Source: Balanoglossus misakiensis
Lineage: Eukaryota > Animalia > Hemichordata
Reading direction: 5' to 3'
DNA: 64,000 nt
Assembly (NCBI GenBank): GCA_040954595.2
Contig: JBECUI020000045.1
Span: forward strand, 1-64,000
Shown here: piece after piece, positions 10,869 to 22,800 of the stretch
How positions within the stretch are numbered: position 1 is the first letter of the stretch
Layout: the number at the start of each line of letters is the position of its first letter
Made by a program: the position numbers and the translations under genes
The notes under the pieces: generated by a model
Told to the model about the DNA's origin: nothing
What the model saw: only the letters and a program-made list of their open reading frames with translations
Databases searched by the model: none

Positions 10869-13800
10869 ATGAGTACATATTATTTTGTAACAGATACAGG
10901 CGGTGCCATTTTAGCGTGGAACTCCGAGATACCTCACTTTGAAACATTAGGCAGGAGTTTAGTTGCCTATGGCGGCAGGGGTGTTGATGAGCTGTATGTA
11001 GGCAGGGCGACGCAGGCCAGTGTCGCATCGCTTGGAGACGGGGAAGACCGTGTCTATCTTACAGGCAGTTTCGCAGATTATACGCAAACGGTCGATGGTT
11101 CTACCTATACCTTCTCGCGCACGGTGACGATAGACAGCCATGCATACGAAGAAGTGATAACGGTATCAGGTAATACCGACAGCGACCGTCTTTACTTTGC
11201 CGATGGCAATGTAGAGTTGAGTTTCTCTAATTTGTTTGATTTCACAAGTGGCGGTTATCGGGACATCACGGCAGACCTATTAACAGGGGAAGGCAGCCCA
11301 AGCTATCCACCCACCCCACCTGCTGCTCGTGCGAATGATGAGAATGAATGGGTCTTTACAAATGATAATGAGGGTGCGGTGTATGCCTTTGACTTACCCG
11401 GCAGCAAGTGGACTACCTATGGCGGCAGGGGTGTTGATCGTATTTATGTAGGCAAGGGGACACAGGCCAGTGTCGCATCGCTTGGCGATGGGGAAGACGG
11501 TATCTATCTCACGGGCAATCTCGCAGACTATACGCAAACGGTAGCTGGTTCTACCTATACCTTCTCACGCACGGTGACGATAGCGGGCAGGGATTACGAA
11601 GAGCAGGTAACGGTATCAGGTAATACCGACAGCGACCGTCTTTACTTTGCCGATGGCAATGTAGAGTTGAGTTTCTCTAATTTGTTTGATCTCATAGGTG
11701 GCGGTTATCGGGACATCACGGCAGACCGATTAACAGGGGAAGGCACCCCGGGCTTGGGTGTTGGTCTTACGATAAGCGATGATACCAGCACTGATGTCAC
11801 AAACACTGATGTTGTCTTCACCTTCACCTTTGATGAGGCAGTCACAGGGTTTGATATAGATGCGATTACAATCACCAACGGCACGGCACGCGGTGCGCTC
11901 ACAGAGGTTACCGCAGGCATACAATATACCTTAGCGGTGACACCGACTGCGAATACACAAGGCATCTTAAGGCTCAGCGTTGCAGTAGGCACGGTCTTTG
12001 CAATAGATGACGCAAACAAGGGCAATCAGGCGGCAAGTGCTACGCAGGCGATAGACACCACTACCCCGACAGCAACGATCAATATAGACGCTATCAGCAA
12101 TGATAGTGGTGATGCCACAGACTTTATCACCAGCGACAATGACGGTCTGACGATAACGGCAACATTAAGCACTGCGTTAGCAGCAGACGAGCGCCTAGAG
12201 TACAGCGCTGATGATGGCAGCACTTGGACGGATATCAGCGGGTCTGTGACAGATACGAGCATCAGCCATACGGATGATGCACTGACAGCTACAACAACGA
12301 TACAGATGCGCGTTATTGACACCATAGGCAATAGCAGTCCTGTGGCAAGCCAGCTCATCACCATAGACACCACTGCCCCGACAGCAACCCTATCAGGCGA
12401 CATCTTGCCTGCCGACAACCTCATCATGCAGTTTGATGAGCCGGTCACCTTAGGCACAGGCGATATCACACTTTATAACCAAGCAGACGGTAGTACGGCA
12501 GCCGCTATCCCCATCAATGATGCCACGCAGGTAAGCCTAAGTGATGATGGCAAGACGCTGACCATTAACCCGACTACTGATCTCACAATAAGCAATCGCT
12601 ATTATGTTCAAATACCGTCAGGCGCTATCACTGATCTGGCAGGCAATGCCTATGCCATCACAGATACCACCACTTGGGCATTTGCCGCCACCAGTCTCTC
12701 TAGCACAGTGGTATGGCGGGATGGCCTTAATAATGACCCCAGCATAGACGGTTATATTAATGCCGCAGAGCTAAACACCGTAACACTGCAAGGCACATTG
12801 ACGAATGTCGGCGATGCCACCGTTGTTGGCCTCACCGCCATCACCTTTAAGGCATTAAGCGGTAGCGCAAACGACATCAGCTATAGCGGCACTATGCCTG
12901 CCTTATCAGGCGATACCACCGGCAGCACCTGGACCCTAGATAATGCCGCGATAAAGGCATTAGGTTTGGTAGAGGGCGAATCCTATCGGGTTGAGGTAAC
13001 GGTATCAGGCACAGATGCGAGCAGCAACACCGTCATAGGTGGTGGCAGCCATGATAACCCTATTATCATAGACAGCAGCATACCGACCACAATAATCAGC
13101 ATAGACGGCATCAGCGATGATAACGGCATTGCTGCAGACGACTTTATCACCAATGATAATAACGGCTTGACGATTACCGCCACCTTAAGTGCGGCATTAG
13201 TGGCAGGTGAGCGTTTGGAATACAGCACTGATGGCACGACTTGGGCCGATATCAGCGGGTCTGTTGCGGACACAAGCATTAGTTATGTGGACAGTACACT
13301 GACAAACGAGGGTGAGACCACGATACAGATGCGCATCACCGATGCGGCAGGCAATAGCAGTCCTACGACCAGTCAGCTCATCACCATAGACAGCACCGCG
13401 CCTGCCACAACAGTCAGTATAGACGCTATCAGCAATGATAGTGGTGATGCCACAGACTTTATCACCAGCGACAATGATGGCCTGACGATTACCGCCACCT
13501 TAAGCGCGGCATTAGCAGCAGACGAGCACCTAGAGTACAGCACTGATGATGGTAGCACTTGGACGGATATCAGCGGGTCTGTGACAGATATGAGCATCAG
13601 CCATACGGATGATGCACTGACAGCTACAACAACGATACAGATGCGCATCACCGATGCGGCAGGCAATAGCAGTCCTACGACCAGTCAGTTTATCACCATA
13701 GATGCTAATCTACCGTCTATTGCATCGGCACAGGTTAACGCAGCCGGTGATATTGTCCTTAGCTATAGCGAGGATGTATCTACCTCTACCTTGGAAGCAA

Positions 13801-16800
13801 GCGATTATACGGTGATGGTTAATAATACGGCTGCCGGCGTTGATAGCGCATCGGCAAGCGGTAACACCATTACCCTTGTGATGACAGATAAGATAACCGC
13901 ATCTGCTGTTGTTAGTAGCGTAGCGTATGCTGCCGATGCAGGCACGGCGGATTCTGTCGTTGACGCAGCCGGCAATGCAGCAGCAACACAAACGATAGAC
14001 ACCGATATAACTAATAACTCCGCTGTGGTAGATATGACAGCCCCGGTGATTACGGCGGTGAGTATCCCCGATAGCCCGATGAAAGCAGGCGATACGGTAA
14101 CTGCCACCATCACTGTTGAGGATGATGGCGGTGATCTCTATACGCTTGTAGACGGTAGTACGGTGGGCGGTTTTGCCTTGAGCAATTTACAAAGGATAAG
14201 CAACACGCAATACACCGCCGAATTTACTGTTACCGCGGGTGGCACCGATGTGGCGGCCGATGCTGATATTCCTGTCTCCGTCACTTTACAAGATAGAGCT
14301 GCCAATACGAGCGACCCTTACCAGACACCGATTAGCCAAGCAAACGATGCGATAGATGCTAATCTGCCGTCTATTGTATCGGCACAGGTTAACGCAGCTG
14401 GCGATATTGTCCTTAGCTATAGCGAGGATGTATCTGCCTCTGCCTTGGAAGCAAACGATTATGCGGTTATAGTTAATAATGCGGTTGTTGGTGTTGATAG
14501 CGCATCGGTCAATGGTAACACCATTACCCTTGTGATGACAGATAAGATAGCCGCATCTGCTATTGTCAATAGCGTGACTTATACTGCCGATGCAGGCACG
14601 GCGGACTCTGTGGTTGACGCAGACGGCGATGCGGCAGCAACGCAAACGATAGATACCGATATAACTAATAACTCCACTGTGGTAGATACGACAGCCCCGG
14701 TGATTACGGCGGTGAGCACCCCCGATAGCCCGATGAAAGTAGGCGATACGGTAACTGCCACCATCACTGTTGATGATGATGGCGGTGATCTCTATACGCT
14801 TGTAAGCGGCAGTACAGTGGGCGGTTTTGACTTGAGCAATTTACAAAGGATAAGCAGCACGCAATACACCGCCGAATTTACTGTTGCCGCGGGTGGCACC
14901 GATGTGGCGGCCGCGGCCGATATCCCTGTCCTCATTGTTTTGGCGACTGATAGTGGCAACACGCTAAGCGCGTCTTTTCTGGAAGCAATCCATCAAGACA
15001 ACGATGCGATAGATGCTAATCTACCGTCTATTGCATCGGCACAGGTTAACGCAGCAGGCGATATTGTCCTTAGCTATAGCGAGGATGTATCTGCCTCTAC
15101 CTTGGAAGCAAGCGATTATACGGTGACGGTTGATAATGCGATTGTCAGCGTTGATAGTGCATCGGCAAGCGGTAACACCATTACCCTTGTGATGACAGAT
15201 AAGATAACCGCATCTGCTGTTGTTAATAGCGTAGCGTATACTGCCGATGCAGGCACGGCGGACTCTGTGGTTGACGCAGTCGGCAATGCAGCAACAACAC
15301 AAACGATAGATACCGATATAACTAATAACTCCGAGGTGGGGATAGATACGACACCCCCGGTGATTACGGCGGTGAGTATCCCCGATAGCCCGATGAAAGT
15401 AGGCGATACGGTAACTGCCACCATCACGGTTGAGGATGATGGCGGCGATAATTATGGTCTCGTACTGGGTCAGATAGGCGGTTTTGACTTGATTAATTTA
15501 CAAAGGACAAGCAGCACGCAATACACCGCCATATTTACTGTGGAGGATGGCGGCACCGATGTGGCAGCCGATGCCGATATTCCGGTCTCCGTCATTTTGC
15601 GGGATGGCAATGGGAACATAAACGCAATTTTCCAGACACCTATTAGCCAAGCAGGCGATGCGATAGATGCTAATCTGCCCTCTATTGCATCAGCACAGGT
15701 TAACGCAGCCGGCGATATTGTCCTTAGCTATGGCAAGGATGTATCCACCTCTGTCTTGGAAGCAAGCGATTATACGGTGACGGTTAATAATGCGATTGTC
15801 AGCGTTGATAGCGCATCGGTCAGCGGCAATACCATTACCCTTGTGATGACAGATAAGATAGCCGCATCTGCTGTTGTCAATAGCGTGACTTATACTGCCG
15901 ATGCAGGCACGGCGGACTCTGTCGTTGACGCAGCTGGCGATGCGGCAGCAACACAAACGATAGATACCAATATAATCAATAACTCCGATATAGTGGTAGA
16001 TACGACAGCCCCGGTGATTACGGCGGTGAGTATCCCCGATGTGGCGATGAAAGTAGGTGATACGGTAACTGCCACCATCACGGTTGAGGATGATGGCGGT
16101 GATACCTATACGCTTGTAGACGGTAGTACGGTAGGCGGTTTTGACTTGAGTAATTTACAAAGAACAAGCAGCACACAATACACCGCTGAATTTACTGTTG
16201 CCGCGGGTGGCGCCGATGTGGCGGCCGATGCTGATATTCCTGTCTCCGTCACTTTACAAGATAGCGTTACCAATACGAGTGACCCATTCCAGACATCGAT
16301 TAGCCAAGCAGGTGATGCGATAGATGCCAATCTACCGTCTATTGTATCTGCGCGGGTTAATACAGCAGGCGATATTATCCTGAGCTATAGCGAGGATGTC
16401 TCTGCCTCTACCTTGGAAGCAAGCGATTATACGGTTATGGTTGATAATGCGGCTGCCGGTGTTGATAGCGTAACAGCTAGCGGTAACACCATTACCCTTG
16501 TGATGACAGATAAGATAGCCGCATCTGCTGTTGTTAATAGCATAGCGTATACTGCCGATGCAGGCACGGCGGACTCTGTCGTTGACGCAGCCGGCAATGC
16601 AGCAGCAACACAAACAATAGATACCGGTATAACGAATAATCGGGACGTCCCGGTGATTACGGCGGTGAGCATCCCGATAGCCCAATGAAAATAGGCGATA
16701 CGGTAACTGCCACTATCACGGTTGATGATGATGGCGGTGATACCTATACGCTTGTAGGCGGCAGTACGGTGGGCGGTTTTGACTTGAGCAATTTACAAAG

Positions 16801-19800
16801 GATAAGCAGCACGCAATACACCGCCACATTTACCGTTACCGATGGTGGTACCGATGTGGCGGCTCTTGCCGATATCCCGGTCTCCGTCACTTTGCAAGAT
16901 AGCGCTACCAATACGAGCGACCCTTACCAGACACCGATTAGCCAAGCAGGCGATGCGATAGATGCCAATGTGCCTTCGATTGAGAATGTTTCAGTTACGG
17001 CGGGCGGTGATTTGCAGATTGCCTATAATGAGACGATCTCGATCCCTACAATGGAATTGGCGGATTATACCGTTATTGTTAATGGCGTAGATGTGAGTGC
17101 ATATATTGAAAGTATGCTGGTGCCGGACGCAAGAAGCCCTCGGACATTGTATCTTGTAATGCAGGCAGGCAGCGAAATTCGACAACATTCAGTAGTCGAT
17201 AGCGTGACTTATACTGCCGATGCAGGCACGGCGGACTCTGTGATTGACGCAGCCGGCAATGCAGCAGCAACGCAAACGATAGATACCGGTATAATCAATC
17301 ACTCCAATGTGATAGATACGACAGCCCCGGTGATTACGGCGGTGAGTATCCCCGATAGCCCGATGAAAGTAGGCGATACGGTAACTGCCACCATCACGGT
17401 TGAGGATGATGGCGGTGATCCCTATAGCCTTGCAGCCGGTAGTACGATAGGTGGTTTTGCCTTGAGCAATTTGCAAAGAACAAGCAGCGCACAATACACC
17501 GCCGAATTTACTGTGGAGGATGGTGGCACCGATGTGGCGGCCGAGGCCGATATCTCGGTCTCTGTTACTTTACAAGATAGCGCTACCAATCCGAGCGACC
17601 TTTACCAGACATCGATTAGCCAAGCAAATGACGCGATAGATGCCAATCTACCGTCTATTGCATCGGCACAGGTTAACGCAGCCGGCGATATTGTCCTGAG
17701 CTATAGCGAGAATGTCTCTGCCTCTGCCTTAGAAGCAAGCGATTATACGGTTATGGTTGATAATGCGGCTGCCGGTGTTGATAGCGTAACAGCTAACGGT
17801 AACACCATTATTACCCTTGTGATGACAGATAAGATAGCCGCATCTGCTGTTGTTAATAGCATAGCGTATACTGCCGATGCAGGCACGGCGGACTCTGTCG
17901 TTGACGCAGCCGGCAATGCAGCAGCAACGCAAACAATAGATACCGGTATAGCGAATAATCGGGACGTCCCGGTGATTACGGCGGTGAGCATCCCCGATGC
18001 GGCGATGAAGGCGGGCGATACGGTAACTGCCACCATCACTGTTGAGGATGATGGCGGCGATAATTATGGTCTCGTATTTGGTCAGATAGGCGGTTTTGAC
18101 TTGAGTAATTTACAAAGGATAAGCAGCACGCAATACACCGCCGCATTTACTGTTGCCGCGGGTGGTACCGATAGGGCGGCCGATGCCGATATCCCTGTCC
18201 TCATTGTTTTGGAGACTAGTACTAGTAACGGTGGCAGATCAGGCGTGCCTTTTATGGAAGCAATCAATCAAGACAACGATGCGATAGATGCTAATCTACC
18301 GTCTATTGCATCGGCACAGGTTAACGCAGCCGGCGATATTGTCCTTAGCTATAGCGAGGATGTCTCTGCCTCTGCCTTAGAAGCAGGCGATTATACGGTG
18401 ATGGTTGATAATGCGGCTGTCGGCGTTGATAGTGCATCGGCAAGCGGTAACACCATTACCCTTGTGATGACAGATAAGATAACCGCATCTGCTGTTGTTA
18501 ATAGCGTAGCGTATACTGCCGATGCAGGCACGGCGGACTCTGTGGTTGACGCAACCGGCAATGCAGCAGCAACGCAAACGATAGATACCGATATAAGCAA
18601 TGACTCCACTGTGATAGGCACGGTAGCCCCGGTGATTACGGCGGTGAGTATTCCCGATGCGGCGATGAAGGTGGGCGATACGGTAACTGCCACCATCACT
18701 GTTGAGGATGATGGCGGCGATAATTATGGTCTTGTACTGGGTCAGATAGGCGGGTTTTGACTTGATTAATTTACAAAGGATAAGCAGCACGCAATACACC
18801 GCCACATTTACTGTTGCCGCAGGTGGTACCGATGTGGCAGCCGCAGCCGATATCCTGGTCTCTGTCATTTTGCAAAATAACAATGCGGATGTGAGCAACC
18901 TTTACCAGATACCGATCACCCAAGCAAATGACGCGATAGATGTCAACCTACCGTCTATTGCATCGGCACAGGTTAACGCAGCCGGTGATATTGTCCTTAG
19001 CTATAGCGAGGATGTATCTGCCTCTGCCTTAGAAGCAGGCGATTATACGGTGATGGTTGATAATGCGGCTGTCGGCGTTGATAGTGCATCGGCAAGCGGT
19101 AACACCATTACCCTTGTGATGACAGATAAGATAGCCGCATCCGCTGTTGTTAATAGCGTAGCGTATACTGCCGATGTAGGCACGGCGGACTCTGTGGTTG
19201 ACGCAGTCGGCAATGCGGCAGCAACGCAAACGATAGCTGACGACATAACTAATAACTCCGAGGTGGGGATAGATACGACAGCCCCGGTGATTACGGCTGT
19301 GAGTATCCCCGATAGCCCGATGAAAATAGGCGATACGGTAACTGCCACCATCACGGTTGAGGATGATGGCGGTGATTCCTATAGCCTTGCAGCCGGTATA
19401 ATAGATGGTTTCGCCCTGAGCAATTTACAAAGGACAGACAGCACAACATACACCGTCATATTTACTGTTACCGCGGGTGGCACCGATGTGGCGGCCGATG
19501 CCGATATCCCGATCTTCGTCGTTTTGCAAGATAGCGCTGCCAATTTGAGTGACCCTTACCAGACATCGATTAGCCAAACAGGCGATGCGATAGATGCCAA
19601 TCTACCGTCTATTGTATCTGCGCGAGTTAACGTAGCAGGCGATATTGTCCTTAGCTATAGCGAGGATGTCTCTGCCTCTGCCTTAGAAGCAGGCGATTAT
19701 ACGGTGATGGTTGATAATGCAGCTGCCGGTGTTGATAGTGCAACAGCTAGCGGTAACACCATTACCCTTGTGATGACAGATAAGATAGCCGCATCTGCTG

Positions 19801-22800
19801 TTGTCAATAGCATAGTGTATACTGCCGATGTAGGCACGGCGGATTCTGTCGTTGACGCAGCCGGCAATGCAGCAGCAACGCAAACGATAGATACTGATAT
19901 CACAAATAATCAGGACATCCCGGTGATTACGGCGGTGAGTATCCCTGATGTGGTGATGAAGGTGGGCGATATAGTAGACGTCACCATCACTGTTGATGAT
20001 GATGGCGGTGATCTCTATACGCTTGTAGGCGGTACGGTAGGCGGTTTTGACTTGAGCAATTTACAAAGGATAAGCAATACACAATACACCGCCGAATTTA
20101 CTGTTACCGCGGGCGGTACCGATAGGGCGGCCGCGGCCGATATCCCGACCTCCATTGTTTTGGCGGCTAGTGCTGGTAGTGGTGGTAGACTAGGCGAGCC
20201 TTTTCTGCAAGCAATCAATCAAGACAACGATGCGATAGATGGCCAATCTACCGTCTATTGCATCGGCACAGGTTAATACAGTAGGCGATATTGTCCTGAG
20301 CTATAGCGAGGATGTCTCTACCTCTACCTTAGAAGCAGGCGATTATACGGTGACGGTTAATAATGCGGTTGCCGGCGTTGATAGCGCATCGGCAAGCGGC
20401 AATACCATTACCCTTGTGATGACAAATAAGATAGCCACATCTGCTACGGTTAATAGCATAGCGTATACTGCCGATGCAGGCACGGCGGACTCTGTGGTTG
20501 ACGCAGCCGGCAATGTGGCAGCAACGCAAACGATAGATACTGATATAAGCAATAACTCCACTGTGGTAGATACGATAGCCCCGGTGATTACGGCGGTGAG
20601 TATCCCTGATGCGGCGATGAAGGTGGGTGATACGGTCACAGTCACCATCACGGTTGATGATGATGGTGGTGATACCTATACGCTTGTAGCCGATAGTACG
20701 GTAGGCGGTTTTACCCTGAACAATTTACAAAGGACAGACAGCACAACATACACCGCCGAATTTACTGTTACCGCGGGCGGTACCGATGTGGCGGCCGCGG
20801 CCGATATCCCGGTCTCCGTCGTTTTGCAAGATAGTACGGGACAACATAGAAGCAACGCTTTCGCAGAGTCCATCAGCCAAGCAGGCGATGCGATAGATGC
20901 TAATGTGCCTTCGATTGAGGGTATTGCAGTTACGACAGGCGGTCATTTGCAGATTACCTATGATGAGGCGGTCAGGATTCCTGTACCAGAATTGACGGAT
21001 TATACCGTTGTTGTTAATGGCGTGGATGTGAGTGCAGATATTGAAAGTATACAAGTGCCGGACGCAAGCAACCCTAGGGCGTTTTATCTTGTAATGCAGG
21101 CAGGCAGCGAGATTCAAAAGTATTCAGTAGTCAATAGCGTGACTTATACTGCCGATGCAGGCACGGCGGACTCTGTGGTTGACGCAGCCGGCAATGCGGC
21201 AGCAACGCAAACGATAGATACCGGTATAATCAATAACTCCAATGTAGCAGATACGACAGTCCCGGTGATTACGGCGATGAGCATCCCCGATAGCCCGATG
21301 AAAGTAGGCGATACGGTAACTGCCACCATCACGGTTGAGGATGATGGTGGTGATCTCTATACGCTTACAGCCGGTACGATAGGTGATTTTACCCTGAGCA
21401 ATTTACAAAGGCAAAGCAGCACACAATACACCGCCGAATTTACCGTTACCGCGGGCGGTGCCGATGTGGCGGCCGCGGCCGATATCCCGGTCTCCGTCGT
21501 TTTGCAAGATAGCACTGCCAATTTGAGTGACTCTTACCAGGCACCGATTAGCCAAGCAAATGACGCGATAGATGCCAACCTACCGTCTATTGTATCTGTG
21601 CGAGTTAACGCAGCCGGCGATATTGTCCTTAGCTATAGTGAGGATGTATCTGCCTCTGCCTTAGAAGCAAGCGATTATACGGTGATGGTTGATAATGCAA
21701 CTGCTGGTGTTGATAGCGCAACAGCTAGCGGTAACACCATTACCCTGGTAATGACAAATAAGATAGCCCCATCTGCTGTTGTTAATAGCATAGCGTATAC
21801 TGCCGATGTAGGCACGGCGGATTCTGTCGTTGACGCAGCCGGTAATGCAGCAGCAACACAAACGATAGATACTAATATCACAAATAATCAGGGTGCCCCG
21901 GTGATTACGGCGGTGAGTATCCCGGATACCCCGATGAAAATAGGCGATACGGTAACTGCCACCATCACTGTTGATGATGATGGCGATGACCCCTATACGC
22001 TTACAACCGGTACGATAGGCGGTTTTACCCTGAACAATTTACAAAGGACAGACAGCACAACATACACCGCCGAATTTACTGTTACCGCGGGCGGTACCGA
22101 TAGGGCGGCCGATGCCGATATCCCGGTCTTCGTCGTTTTGCAAGATAGTGCTGCCAATTTGAGCAGCCCTTACCTGATATCGATTAGCCAAGCAAGCGAT
22201 GCGATAGATGCTAATGCGCCTTCGATTGAGAGTATTGCAGTTACGACAGACGGTCATTTGCAGATTACCTATGATGAGGCGGTCAGGATTCCTGTACCAG
22301 AATTGACGGATTATACCGTTGTTGTTAATGGCGTGGATGTGAGTGCAGATATTGAAAGTATACAAGTGCCGGACGCAAGCAACCCCAGGGCGTTTTATCT
22401 TGTAATGCAGGCAGGCAGCGAGATTCAAAAGGGTTCAGCAGTCAGCAGCGTGACTTATACTGCCGATGCAGGCACGGCGGACTCTGTCGTTGACACAGCC
22501 GGCAACGCGGCAGCAACCCAAACGATAGATACTGGTATCACAAATAATTCCGACATAGGTGTCCCGGTGATTACGGCGGTGAGTATCCCCGATAGCCCGA
22601 TGAAAGTAGGCGATACGGTAACTGCCACCATCACGGTTGAGGATGATGGCGGCGATAATTATAGTCTCGTATTTGGTCAGATAGGCGGTTTTGCCTTGGG
22701 CAGTTTAGCAAGGACAAACAGCACAACATACACCGCCACATTTACCGTTACCGATGGTGGTACCGATGCGGCGGCTCTTGCCGATATCCCGGCCTCCGTC

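Noticed and set aside
11300-11340. PPAARA considered as a LapG-type di-alanine cleavage site
   Set aside because: It does not match the T-A-A-G context, is not preceded by a recognisable retention module, and no lapD or lapG genes are in the window.
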